Below are positions 49,304 through 59,422 of a DNA stretch of 64,000 nt, piece by piece. The notes beneath the pieces are model-generated. The model did no database searches. It had not been told where the DNA came from and saw only the letters and a program-made list of their open reading frames with translations. Both the position numbers and the translations under genes were made by a program. Origin of the DNA: an uncultured Gammaproteobacteria bacterium (GTDB lineage Bacteria; Patescibacteriota; Microgenomatia; Levybacterales; GWA1-39-11); contig CAZXND010000002.1 in the NCBI GenBank assembly GCA_964641355.1, positions 70,615 through 134,614 of the forward strand, given 5' to 3'. Within the stretch, counting starts at the first letter, position 1. Every line of letters starts with the position of its first letter.

Positions 49304-50133
49304 TGTTTGGAAAAGAATATCATAATAAACTTGACCTTCTTATCAACTCTTACAAGGACTTGAATCCTGATAGAAAGAAACAATTACCAAATGATTCTTT
49401 GTCAAAAAAATTATATGTAAAGATTTTTGGCATTCCTGAAATCGGATTTCAAATAAGAAGCATGTATTTCAAACAAATGTGTTTGTCAAAAAAAACTAAC
49501 CCATCTATCAGTAGGATCCTAGATGCTGGTTGTGGAATAGGTTTGCATACCTTCTTTCTTTCAAAGTTTTTTCCTACAGCAAACGTTACTGGAGCAGACA
49601 TCGATCAATTTAAACTCTCCTGTTGTAAGAAAATAAAAAGAGAATTAAGAATTAAAAATGTTAGTTTTGAATATATGGATTTGAGTAAACCTAGCAAAAA
49701 AAATAACTACGATTTAATCCTCAATATTGACGTATTAGAACACATTAAAAATTACAAACAAGCAATTAGATCAATTAGAAGATTGATGAAGACAGGTGGA
49801 TATTTATTCATCCACGTTCCACAAACCAATCAAAGAAGAATCTTTAAACAACTTAAAAACTGGCATCATGATGATCATGTTAGAGAAGGCATTTCCAAAC
49901 AAGAGCTAATCAAATTTTTAATGGAATCCGGATTCAAAATTATTTCAACAAAGGAAACTTTTGGCTTTTTTGGAAAAATAGCATGGGAACTAAACCATAT
50001 GAGCTTATCAAAAAATGTTGTTATAGCTGCAATAGCTTTCCCACTACTCTATACTATTGCTTCTTTTGATATATTAGTTAAAAATAGGCATGGACTTGGT
50101 ATAGCTGTGCTCGCACAAAAAAAACATGACTAA
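49303..50133 (+). CDS. Class I SAM-dependent methyltransferase
   Basis: ILDAGCGIG, DVLEHI and HVR.G motifs. Confidence 0.88.
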   Translation: MFGKEYHNKLDLLINSYKDLNPDRKKQLPNDSLSKKLYVKIFGIPEIGFQIRSMYFKQMCLSKKTNPSISRILDAGCGIGLHTFFLSKFFPTANVTGADIDQFKLSCCKKIKRELRIKNVSFEYMDLSKPSKKNNYDLILNIDVLEHIKNYKQAIRSIRRLMKTGGYLFIHVPQTNQRRIFKQLKNWHHDDHVREGISKQELIKFLMESGFKIISTKETFGFFGKIAWELNHMSLSKNVVIAAIAFPLLYTIASFDILVKNRHGLGIAVLAQKKHD

Positions 50134-50971
50134 GAATCTAGTATCAATAATAATACCTACTAAAAATTCTTCATATCTTCTCGGTAACTGTCTAAAAAGT
50201 ATTAGAAACCAAAAATATAAAAAAATTGAAATAATTATTGTTGATGATGGTAAATCCAGAGATATTAACCAAATTAAAGTTTTGACCAAGAAATATAAAT
50301 GTACTTTATTGATTTACGATCCTAAGGTTAAACATGGATTATTTGACGCAACAAAAAAAAGAAATTATGCTGCTAAAAAAATATCTGGTGAGTATATTTA
50401 CCATGTAGATGCAGATATGGAAATGACTAGTAAAGTTATCGCAGAAGCGGTGGATAAATGTAAAAAAGGAGCAGATGCCATAATTATGACCGAAGAATCT
50501 TTTGGTGAAGGGCGGTGGGCTCAAGCAAAAATACTTGAAAGGAGATTTTTTTGGGGCGACAACACAGTTGAATCCCCAAGATTTTTTCTGACCGAGATCT
50601 GGAATGTACTCAAAGGATATGATATTAAAATTGCTGGTGGAGGAGATGATAGAGACATATATCAAAGAGCATTAAAAATGAAGTTTAAAGTTGATAGAAC
50701 AAAAAATTTCGTAATGCATAACGAAGGAAAGTTAAAATTGTTTTATTTAATGAAAAAACAATTCATGTATAAAAGAGAGGTACTGAAGTATGTCAGAAAA
50801 AGGGGGATAGCAAATGGTGTATTGAGTTTTTTTCCTGTCAGAAAGTCACACATTAAAAACTTAGGCATGTTTGTAAAAAATCCGAAAGTTAGTTTTTATT
50901 TTATAATAATGAAGTCCGCAGAGTCAGCAGCTGGTTTGGCTGGTGTTATTTATTCACTTTTTTCTAGTTGA
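50126..50971 (+). CDS. GT2 glycosyltransferase
   Basis: VSIIIPT.N, IVDDG and the DxD motif in VDADM. Confidence 0.88.
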   Translation: MTKNLVSIIIPTKNSSYLLGNCLKSIRNQKYKKIEIIIVDDGKSRDINQIKVLTKKYKCTLLIYDPKVKHGLFDATKKRNYAAKKISGEYIYHVDADMEMTSKVIAEAVDKCKKGADAIIMTEESFGEGRWAQAKILERRFFWGDNTVESPRFFLTEIWNVLKGYDIKIAGGGDDRDIYQRALKMKFKVDRTKNFVMHNEGKLKLFYLMKKQFMYKREVLKYVRKRGIANGVLSFFPVRKSHIKNLGMFVKNPKVSFYFIIMKSAESAAGLAGVIYSLFSS

Positions 50972-51877
50972 AGTCTTAGAGATATATTTGTTTACTATCT
51001 CCTTCCAAGTCATAAACTCAATCCCCAATTTTTTTTCTGTCTCTCTAGCTCGAAGACCTCCATACTGAGGGTACCTATTTGGAACATTTTCCAAATATTT
51101 TACGATATCTATTCCTACAACATTTGACTTTTTATTTAACTTTTTAAGCAGATACGCCGCCAATTTTTTCGGTGTAAAAAGATCTTTACTTGCAACATGA
51201 AATACTCCCTCAACTTTTTTTTCAATTATTTTGTCTATTGTATTAAAAATCTCAGGAACGTATGTTAAGGTTAAAAACTGGTTTTTAAACATTGGATACA
51301 ACATGTTTTTATCAAATAAAAATTTAATCTTTCCTATATAGTCTAATTTAGGATCATAAATTGGTTGAGTAACATTTCCTATTCTGATAATAGCGGTTAA
51401 TTTTTTTCCCATTAAAAGTTGTTCTGCGTTAGCCTTTGTCCAACCATACCATGAAAGATTAAAAAGATTTAATTCTGGAACGTCCTTTTCTCGATAAGGT
51501 CCTTTGTATTCTTTTATACCCGGAAAAACCATATCGGTAGATATATGGATCAAAAAAATCCCATATTTTTGACTCATTTCTAGTAGGTTCTTAACGCCTA
51601 TGTAATTTGTTTTCCAAGCAGAGCCACTAACATCACCTCTTTGAAACTCTGCTGTATTAGCATCTCTATGAGCGGCAAAGTTGATAATGAAATCGGGGCG
51701 ATACTTTAATATTACATTTTTTAAACTTGTTTTATTAAGAATGTCCAACTTCTTATGACTAAAGGAAATTATTTTAAAATTTTTCTTTTTTGTATAATGC
51801 TTAATAAAGTTTGAACCTATAAAACCTTTGCCTCCTGTAACAAGGAGAGTATTACTGATTTTTTTATTTTTTTTCAT
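50954..51877 (-). CDS. RmlD-like NDP-4-keto-sugar reductase
   Basis: TGGKGFIG, HISTDMVF.G and YGWTK motifs; ATGA-coupled to the upstream gene at 51877. Confidence 0.8.
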   Translation of the reverse strand: MKKNKKISNTLLVTGGKGFIGSNFIKHYTKKKNFKIISFSHKKLDILNKTSLKNVILKYRPDFIINFAAHRDANTAEFQRGDVSGSAWKTNYIGVKNLLEMSQKYGIFLIHISTDMVFPGIKEYKGPYREKDVPELNLFNLSWYGWTKANAEQLLMGKKLTAIIRIGNVTQPIYDPKLDYIGKIKFLFDKNMLYPMFKNQFLTLTYVPEIFNTIDKIIEKKVEGVFHVASKDLFTPKKLAAYLLKKLNKKSNVVGIDIVKYLENVPNRYPQYGGLRARETEKKLGIEFMTWKEIVNKYISKTSTRKK

Positions 51878-52740
51878 TTTCTGACCTCTACAACCAAGTG
51901 AATCTTCCAAGCACCGAAGGGAATTTTGTTAAATATTATAGTTTCAAGATACATTGGATACATCATCATAAAATCAAAAAAATAAAACCATATAGAGCGA
52001 ATCGCCATAAGCAATTTATTTTTATTGTTTGGTTTTGCAATTATATTACTGTTTGTGTATTCTTCAGATATCCTCTTTCCTAAAACCGTCTCTAACACAA
52101 ACTTGGGTAAAAAGTATATGACCAGATGAGATATTTGATAAAACCAATGTTCGCTATACCACTTATTAATAACTTTGAAACCACTTCTCTCTAAAGCATC
52201 TACAACATATCTGTACGTAAATTCTGGATGTATATAACCCATGTATTTATATGTAAGATCTTCTCCTCGCTTAATTCTATTAAAAATCCATGTATAGGTA
52301 AAAGCTTGTCCCTCACAAGGGATTATAAAATAAACTTTACCTTTGTTAACCGTAACTCTTTTAATTTCTTTTAGAAAAAACTCGATATCTGGAACATGTT
52401 CTAAAACATCGAAACAAATACAATAATTAAAAAAGCTGTTTTTATATGGCAACTTTTTATTTTTGATCGGTGCATATTTTATACTTCCACTACCAAACTT
52501 TTTAGCATAACTTATTGCACTGTGACTTACATCATACCCAAAGATTGAAAGCTTCGGATAATAGCAAGCCACCGCTTCTGTAAAGATTCCTCCGCCACAT
52601 CCCACATCCAAAAAGTTTCCCCTTTTTGCCTTAATGTTATTTACTAAAAATCTGAGTCTATAATCTTTATTGAAAGATATCTTATAATCATTGGGCTTAA
52701 AACTTCTTACACCCATAAAAGATTTTTCATAATCGAACAA
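51874..52740 (-). CDS. Class I SAM-dependent methyltransferase (natural ATG at 52751 is out of frame across an A8 tract)
   Basis: FLDVGCGGG, LPY and FDVLEHV motifs. Confidence 0.85.
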   Translation of the reverse strand: MFDYEKSFMGVRSFKPNDYKISFNKDYRLRFLVNNIKAKRGNFLDVGCGGGIFTEAVACYYPKLSIFGYDVSHSAISYAKKFGSGSIKYAPIKNKKLPYKNSFFNYCICFDVLEHVPDIEFFLKEIKRVTVNKGKVYFIIPCEGQAFTYTWIFNRIKRGEDLTYKYMGYIHPEFTYRYVVDALERSGFKVINKWYSEHWFYQISHLVIYFLPKFVLETVLGKRISEEYTNSNIIAKPNNKNKLLMAIRSIWFYFFDFMMMYPMYLETIIFNKIPFGAWKIHLVVEVRK

Positions 52741-52751
52741 TTTTTTTTCAT

Positions 52752-53696
52752 TTATATATTTCTGTACTGATCTTGAACATCCAAAACCTCCGCAACTCTA
52801 ACCAATTCGTCTATTCCAGCTTCCATAGAAATAGATTTTTTAAATCCCAATTTTTCTAGTTTTTCGTAAGAAACTACATAGTCTCTTTGATCTAAATCCT
52901 TCCCAATCTCTGCGAAATGTAGGTAGTAGTCAACCTTTTTCTTTATCATTAAACAGATATCTTCTTTACTGTAGTTCATTGAATTATCACCCACATTGTA
53001 TATCTGCCCATTCATTTTTTTAAAATTATTAATTGCAAACATAAAAGCCCTTGCCATATCTCTAACATGTATGAAAGTCCTCATAAATTTCTTTTCATAA
53101 ACAATAAGACTTTTATCCTTAACAGCCTTATAGGTAAAATCATTTGGCATCAAATCCAATCTTAGTCTAGGAGAAGTTCCAAAAGCGGTAGCGAACCTAT
53201 AAATAATAAAGTTATTTCTTCTCATAATTAGTTCTTCAGCTTTAGCTTTTTGTAATCCATAGTTTGTCAAGGGGTTTAATGGCGTAGTCTCGGTGCATAT
53301 TTCATCTAGCATTTTCCCGTAAACACTTCCGGTCGAAGCAAAAAAAATAGGCACTTTCCCATCCATACAGGAAAGTAAGTTTTTAGTACCATTTATATTT
53401 ACATCTCTTGATAACTCAGGATATTTTCTACAAGCCGGGAATCCAACTACAGCCGCGAGGTGGATTACCAAATCAATATCTCTTAATGCCTCACGAACAC
53501 TTTTTTTATCCCTAATATCTCCCTTTATAAATTTAAAATTTTTTTCAGAAAAAAACGGAATAAGACTATTGCCACCAAAGACTAATGAGTCAAGAACAGT
53601 AACGTTAAATTTTTTCTTAAGTAGAAGATCGACAACTAAGCTGCCTACAAAACCAGCTCCTCCAGTTACAAGGATGTTATGAAACTTTTTTTTCAT
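52752..53696 (-). CDS. Cj1427-like GDP-heptose C4-dehydrogenase (extended SDR)
   Basis: TGGAGFVG, LAA.VG.P.C, YG..K, R.AT.FG.SPR.RLDL..NDFTY.A..DK, IHVRD and IG.D.D.RDY.VS. Length and motifs match my recollection of C. jejuni Cj1427. Confidence 0.7.
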   Translation of the reverse strand: MKKKFHNILVTGGAGFVGSLVVDLLLKKKFNVTVLDSLVFGGNSLIPFFSEKNFKFIKGDIRDKKSVREALRDIDLVIHLAAVVGFPACRKYPELSRDVNINGTKNLLSCMDGKVPIFFASTGSVYGKMLDEICTETTPLNPLTNYGLQKAKAEELIMRRNNFIIYRFATAFGTSPRLRLDLMPNDFTYKAVKDKSLIVYEKKFMRTFIHVRDMARAFMFAINNFKKMNGQIYNVGDNSMNYSKEDICLMIKKKVDYYLHFAEIGKDLDQRDYVVSYEKLEKLGFKKSISMEAGIDELVRVAEVLDVQDQYRNI

Positions 53697-54459
53697 CGAT
53701 TAAATTAAGATATTTCTCCAAATATTCACTTGAGGATAAAATTGGAAATATTTTATTTATCTTTTCTACGTTCATTTCATAAATTTGTGTTTCGGCATTT
53801 TTCGAAAAATTAATTTTATCTTTAAAATATTTGTTTAACATTGAAAAATTTACAACTCCTCTTCCACCAATATTAAAAACTTCATTTGTTATTTTTTTAT
53901 TTAATAAAGATATAATAATTCTTGCAATATCGTGAGCGGTAATCATCTGGAGTTTAGATTCTTCAGAAATACGTAATGGAAGTTTATTAAAAATATCAAA
54001 AATTGGACCTTTTTTAAGACCAGTCCCCAATATTAAAGACGACCTAAGTATTAGATAACTAGGACAGTTATTTATAACAATTTTTTCACTTAAAAACTTG
54101 TGGAATCCGTATGGAGAAAGCTTTATATTAGAGGGGATACTATCTTCACTATTGACCGCGTTATCTTCATGATTCATATATACATCGCTTGAGGAAATAT
54201 AAATATAAAGGTTATAGTTAAAATCAAATAAAGATTTATAGACTGAAATTGTTGAAGCTTCAAAGTCTCCAATTATATTTTCGTTTGCCCAGAACCGTTT
54301 ACTATTCCCGTTAGCATTAATTATAATTTCAAACGACTTATTAACAAATTTTTTATAATTAGTTTTAGATATGGATGTAACTTCAAATTTTTTACTTAGG
54401 TATGCAACTAGATCCCTCCCCAACATCCCATCTCCACCAATAACAGCAATCTTCTTCAA
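53677..54459 (-). CDS. NAD(P)-dependent sugar reductase/epimerase (RmlD-like SDR)
   Basis: IGGDGMLG, YISS..VY and YGFHK motifs. TTG at 54459 preferred. Confidence 0.75.
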   Translation of the reverse strand: MKKIAVIGGDGMLGRDLVAYLSKKFEVTSISKTNYKKFVNKSFEIIINANGNSKRFWANENIIGDFEASTISVYKSLFDFNYNLYIYISSSDVYMNHEDNAVNSEDSIPSNIKLSPYGFHKFLSEKIVINNCPSYLILRSSLILGTGLKKGPIFDIFNKLPLRISEESKLQMITAHDIARIIISLLNKKITNEVFNIGGRGVVNFSMLNKYFKDKINFSKNAETQIYEMNVEKINKIFPILSSSEYLEKYLNLIDEKKVS

Positions 54460-54464
54460 GATAG

Positions 54465-55430
54465 TTAATATTTTATAGCTTTTTTGTAGTTCTTTGAGAA
54501 CCAAACAACCGTTTCCTTAATTCCCTTGTCTATAGATGTTTTAGGCATCCATTTTAATTCCTTTTTCATTTTTCTTATCCCAAACGTTTTGTGAAGCGCA
54601 CCATCTGGCTTAGATTTATCAAAAACCAATTCCCCATCATATCCTATTGCTTTTTTTATCTTTTTTGCAAGATCTGCAACCGAAATCCCTACTCCAGTAG
54701 CGATATTTAATGGTTCAACATCATTAACTACAGCAGTCGCTCTCAAAATAGCCTCAGCTCCATCTTTAACAAAAAGCCAATCTCTTATTGGTTTCCCACT
54801 CCCCCACACTTCTACATGAGGTAATTTAAATTTTTTAGCTTCGTAGATCTTTTTAATTAGGCCTGCCAATGCCTTACTTTGCTCTGGGTTGAAATGTTCT
54901 CCCGGTCCGTACATATTCGCCATTATAAGATGGATAGAGTTGAAGTCGAATTGCTTTTTAAGCGCTAATCCATAAACAACGGAAGCTTTGCGAGAAAAAC
55001 CATAACTAAAAATACTGTCATGAATTCTTCCACTCCAATACTCATCCTCATTTAACTCTGGGAAATCAACATATCCAGGATAAGAACAGCCAGCAACTAT
55101 GTTTACAAATTTTTTTACCCCTACCTTCCGAGATGCATCCATCAAGTTCAATCCCATTGAAATATTATCCATAAATAGATCAGCTTGCCTTCCATCGTGA
55201 TAACCAATCCCTCCTTGATTTGCTGCACAATTTATCAATATATCCGGCTTTATAGTTTTTAAATATCTTAAACAATTACTTTTTTTTCTAAAGTCTATTC
55301 CCTCACTGGTTTTAGGAATATATATTTTTGCAGAAGACTTAGAGAGAAGACTTGCGATGTGTGAGCCGAAGAAACCTCCTCCACCCGCAATTACTACTTT
55401 CTTGTTATCAAAATAGTCCAGATAACTCAT
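54465..55430 (-). CDS. GDP-L-fucose synthase-family reductase/epimerase with atypical active site
   Basis: GGGGFFG, AA..GGIG, C.YP, N.YGPG, WG.G.P.R....V.D and KPDG motifs. Confidence 0.82.
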   Translation of the reverse strand: MSYLDYFDNKKVVIAGGGGFFGSHIASLLSKSSAKIYIPKTSEGIDFRKKSNCLRYLKTIKPDILINCAANQGGIGYHDGRQADLFMDNISMGLNLMDASRKVGVKKFVNIVAGCSYPGYVDFPELNEDEYWSGRIHDSIFSYGFSRKASVVYGLALKKQFDFNSIHLIMANMYGPGEHFNPEQSKALAGLIKKIYEAKKFKLPHVEVWGSGKPIRDWLFVKDGAEAILRATAVVNDVEPLNIATGVGISVADLAKKIKKAIGYDGELVFDKSKPDGALHKTFGIRKMKKELKWMPKTSIDKGIKETVVWFSKNYKKAIKY

Positions 55431-55469
55431 AAATTTGATTTTATATGATAAAGTATAGAATTATACAAG

Positions 55470-56732
55470 TCAACGAGATGAAGAGTTGGAAGTATTTTTT
55501 TTCATCTCATATAATGCATTCAAGTATACGTTATTCCAAGTATTATTTTTGCTAATTTTTTCCGCCTTTGCTGAAAGAGTTTTATATAATTTTTTATCCT
55601 TTAAGACCCTGATAATACCTCTTGAAAAATCATCAATATTATCATTAACAAGAATTCCCGCTCCCTTCTTTACTATAGCACGCCCCAAAGGTGGAACATT
55701 AGTAGAAATAACTGGAAGTCCTGATGCAAGATATTGTCTGATCTTTCCAGCATCGGCGAACCACCTAAAAGATTCTCGAAAAGAACGATAAGGTGCAAGT
55801 CCCACATAGCACTCGCTAACAATATTCGCTACTTCCTCATCGCTCTTAATATAACCATGAAAAAAAACACTGCTCTCTAAGTTTAATCGCTTTACCAACC
55901 TTTTTAGACTCTCTTCATTCGCTCCCGTACCTATAATGTTTAACAACGAGTTGGGAAAAGTCTTTCTTACAACAACAAAAGACCTTACTGCCAATTCCAC
56001 ACCAAACTCCTCATCCAAAGTCCCCACGTATACAAGACTATTAATTTTTCTATCTTTCACGTCTTTTATCTTCATCTGAAAAGGGAATAATCCATTTGGA
56101 ACGTGTAATACACGATTCATATCTAAATCTGTTAAACCTGTTAATTTTCTTCCCTCTCTCATCGCTGTTGATACATCCCATGTAAAATCTGCATTTCTTA
56201 CGCAGAATTTGTCTAACCATATATAGACCTTGTTAAAAAAAGTGTCGCCAAATCTTGTTGGTGAGTAATCGGATACGTAATAAACAACACTTTTAACAAT
56301 TCCTAGTTTTTTTAAAATTATTCCTCCTAAAGTATTTATAGACTCAAGACCAATAAATAAATCGTATTTCTTTCTATATATAGTAGCTAATAAAAAAATT
56401 GAATAAAAATCCCTTAATTTATAAGACACTCTTGTTTTACTAGTGGTTTTAATCTTGCAGAGTAAATAAATCGGCAAATAAAAAAGAGAGGAGATCACAA
56501 ATCTTTCTTTCAATTTTCTTCTATAAAATCTTTCTACGACGGGGTCAATAGTATCGCTTATTACATGAGGCTCATCAAGTAAAATAATCTCCCTTACTTT
56601 TGGTGAAAAAAAACTTATAAGCGGATTTACCATTCCATTTTTTGCCTGCCTCTCTCCTTTTGAGTAGTGAGAAAATGTTGCTATAAAGATAGATGAACTA
56701 CTGTTTATAATCTCTGAATTTCTATTTGTCAT
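55470..56732 (-). CDS. GT4 glycosyltransferase
   Basis: VPNG, YVG.L....G and K...YLA.GLPVI motifs. Confidence 0.85.
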   Translation of the reverse strand: MTNRNSEIINSSSSIFIATFSHYSKGERQAKNGMVNPLISFFSPKVREIILLDEPHVISDTIDPVVERFYRRKLKERFVISSLFYLPIYLLCKIKTTSKTRVSYKLRDFYSIFLLATIYRKKYDLFIGLESINTLGGIILKKLGIVKSVVYYVSDYSPTRFGDTFFNKVYIWLDKFCVRNADFTWDVSTAMREGRKLTGLTDLDMNRVLHVPNGLFPFQMKIKDVKDRKINSLVYVGTLDEEFGVELAVRSFVVVRKTFPNSLLNIIGTGANEESLKRLVKRLNLESSVFFHGYIKSDEEVANIVSECYVGLAPYRSFRESFRWFADAGKIRQYLASGLPVISTNVPPLGRAIVKKGAGILVNDNIDDFSRGIIRVLKDKKLYKTLSAKAEKISKNNTWNNVYLNALYEMKKNTSNSSSR

Positions 56733-57273
56733 TTTTTCTTAAACTAGTAATAAAATTGTAGTTAATCTTTGAGAAGTTTTTTACTGCATCGAATATTTCT
56801 TTGTCTTCTTTTTTTTCTACACTATTCGCTAAGTCGCTAAATAATTTTTGATGTTGTCTAGCCGCCAAGTCTATCCGAGCATCTAAGTTTTTAGGAAAAG
56901 CGTATCCAGATAGCAAAGCGCTATTATAATCTTGAACCAGCTTACTATAATAATCTTCTCCTCTCAAAACTGCTTTTTTAGAACCCGATAAATCATTTTT
57001 ACTTCTAAGAATTTTACCGTAATTAATTAATTTATTAGACATTTCCAAATCAAATTCAACCTTCTTGATTTTTGAACTTATCATTCTTTGCGCGATCTTA
57101 TCTCGAAGTATAACAAACTTATTAAGAGGGTCTGTGATAAAATTCGTCGAATCAATAGAATTAGATTTAAGATAAAGGATCTGAATTAATAATATAAATA
57201 AAACAAGAAGTATAGACCATAATAAAATTTTTTCTAAAATTGATAAAAAAACTAAACCTTTATTTTTTTTCAA
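56722..57273 (-). CDS. Membrane-anchored helical protein (DUF5667-like)
   Basis: TM anchor followed by DPL.....RDKI.......KK.EF.L..S.K, a divergent DUF5667 pattern. Confidence 0.55.
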   Translation of the reverse strand: MKKNKGLVFLSILEKILLWSILLVLFILLIQILYLKSNSIDSTNFITDPLNKFVILRDKIAQRMISSKIKKVEFDLEMSNKLINYGKILRSKNDLSGSKKAVLRGEDYYSKLVQDYNSALLSGYAFPKNLDARIDLAARQHQKLFSDLANSVEKKEDKEIFDAVKNFSKINYNFITSLRKNDK

Positions 57274-57547
57274 TTAAAATTTCCTTTCCTATTATTTTCA
57301 AGATTTTGAAAGTTTTTTTTTCTAAATTTAGACAAATTTCATTCAAAAACAATAAAATAAGAATAATTGGATTTTTTGAATTTCTTTTTTTAAACTTAAA
57401 TAAAAAAGTTAAGTCCACTATAAAATTTTTATTTACACTCTTTTTTACTAGCTTTAATAAATAATAGAATAGAATTAGGAAAATTAGTAACTGAAAAGTA
57501 AAAAAAATTCCTGTGTGATAAATTATTAAATCGTCAATAAAATACAT
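57260..57547 (-). CDS. Hypothetical small membrane protein
   Basis: 95 aa, extremely AT-rich, overlaps the start of the next gene; fills the gap at the head of an operon. Confidence 0.4.
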   Translation of the reverse strand: MYFIDDLIIYHTGIFFTFQLLIFLILFYYLLKLVKKSVNKNFIVDLTFLFKFKKRNSKNPIILILLFLNEICLNLEKKTFKILKIIGKEILIEKK

Positions 57548-57641
57548 ATTAAATCTACAGCAACAAGTTTACCACGAGTAATTAGATTCCTCAAATTAGT
57601 GTTTAATTTTACATCCTATTATGCTATCCTCTGTAAATAAA

Positions 57642-58364
57642 ATGAAAACTCCTTACCAAAATTTTTATTCTAAAGTATATCAAAACAAAAATACATTTTT
57701 ATTAGACAAAAAGTGGCAGGAAGTTGTAAAAAAACGCTTAAGTATTCAATATTCTTCGAAAAGAAGAATTTTAGATATAGCATGCGGTGTAAGCACGTTG
57801 GGAATGATATTTGGGAGTAACATTTCAGGCCTAGAAATAAATCCCGAAGCAGTAAAAGTGCTTAGAAAATCGGGTATAAAAGTAAAAAAGGGTGATGTCG
57901 AAAAGAAATGGGACTTTCCAGACAATCACTTCAACATTGTAATAGCATCTCATATAATCGAGCATGTTGTTAATCCAGATCATCTAATCTCGGAGGCAAA
58001 AAGAGTATTAAAGAAAGACGGAATTCTGATAATTGCAACTCCAAATCTCGCCGCATGGTTTAATAGAATATTATTATTGTTGGGTTATCAACCCTTCTTT
58101 ACTGAAGTAAGCACTATTGATAAAACATTGGGTATAAAGTTTACAAGAAGATTAACCAAAAAAAGAGAGCCGCTAGGACATTTAAGGCTATTTACGCAGG
58201 GAGCGCTAAGTGATATTTTAGATCTTCATGGATTCAAAATTATTAAATTTTCCGGAGCAGAATTTTTGGGTTTCCCAAAACCAATAGATAAAGTTGATCA
58301 AATTATGTCAAAGTTTACTCCAATCGCGTCTACTTTCCTTGTATCTTGTAGAAAAAAAAGTTAG
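57642..58364 (+). CDS. Class I SAM-dependent methyltransferase
   Basis: ILDIACG, HIIEH, TPNLA.W.NR and GHLR.FT motifs. Confidence 0.88.
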   Translation: MKTPYQNFYSKVYQNKNTFLLDKKWQEVVKKRLSIQYSSKRRILDIACGVSTLGMIFGSNISGLEINPEAVKVLRKSGIKVKKGDVEKKWDFPDNHFNIVIASHIIEHVVNPDHLISEAKRVLKKDGILIIATPNLAAWFNRILLLLGYQPFFTEVSTIDKTLGIKFTRRLTKKREPLGHLRLFTQGALSDILDLHGFKIIKFSGAEFLGFPKPIDKVDQIMSKFTPIASTFLVSCRKKS

Positions 58365-59422
58365 ATATCAACATTACTTCTCAGAATTTTTATTTTTTTA
58401 ATGATCGTTCTAGCATCTTTTAATTCATACATCGTAATATAAATATTTAAAATACATTTTCTTAAAAACCTCAAAACAGTCGTTGGTGTAAAAATCGTTA
58501 AAAAATAATAAATGCAAAATTTCATACTAAATTTAATTTTAGGATCGAGTACCATAACTCTTTTCGCAATTTGATGTATATTCTCATTTCCAACCATTAT
58601 TTTTATCACCGGAAAGAGAGTTACAAAGTGAAACATTAATTGATTGCGAAGAAATTCCTGATAATATTCATCTTCCACTTTACTCTTTACAATTTCAAAA
58701 AAGTTTTCCGACTTAAGTTTTCCTTTTTTAAGTGAATATAGTGGGTGATGACCCACGCTATCATTCCTCCACTGAGACCAATGAGCAATAATAAATTGAT
58801 TTTTTAGGAATAGTCCTCCAAACTTTTTTGTTGAATAATACAGAAGATCTATCCATGGAGCTGGATCAGCATATACCACTTGTACATTTTTTGATAAATC
58901 ATTTTTTATAATAAGACCCGTCATAAAAAAAGGATCAGAATTAAGTATAAAAGAGAATACATCCTCTGAACTCCTATTCGCATTAAAATAATAATCATTT
59001 TCAAATGGTTTATTTACTTTGAAATTGAAAATCTTTTTTTCATCAGGAGACAGACATGTGTAATTTACTCTTACAAAGCCTGGACTATTTTTAATGATTT
59101 TTTTATGTATTTTATAAAGAGCTCCTGCATCTAAAAAAAAGTCGTCATCTGAATGGAGAAGAATATATTTTCCACTTGCATGCCCCATGACTTCCTTAAC
59201 GTTCAGACTGAAATCTATATTCGATTTATTTCTAAAATATCTTATCCTATTATCTTTTATGCTGAGCACCATCTTTTTCGTTTCATCTGTGGAAAAGTTA
59301 TCTGAAATAATTATTTCAAAGTCTTTAAAATTTTGCCTGCGAAGGCAGTAAATCGCGAATCTTAAATCTTTTACCCTATTAAAAGTAGGAATTACGATTG
59401 AAAAAAATGGTCTTTCTTTCAT
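58361..59422 (-). CDS. GT2 glycosyltransferase
   Basis: SIVIPTFNR, ISDN.STD and SDDD motifs. Confidence 0.88.
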   Translation of the reverse strand: MKERPFFSIVIPTFNRVKDLRFAIYCLRRQNFKDFEIIISDNFSTDETKKMVLSIKDNRIRYFRNKSNIDFSLNVKEVMGHASGKYILLHSDDDFFLDAGALYKIHKKIIKNSPGFVRVNYTCLSPDEKKIFNFKVNKPFENDYYFNANRSSEDVFSFILNSDPFFMTGLIIKNDLSKNVQVVYADPAPWIDLLYYSTKKFGGLFLKNQFIIAHWSQWRNDSVGHHPLYSLKKGKLKSENFFEIVKSKVEDEYYQEFLRNQLMFHFVTLFPVIKIMVGNENIHQIAKRVMVLDPKIKFSMKFCIYYFLTIFTPTTVLRFLRKCILNIYITMYELKDARTIIKKIKILRSNVDI

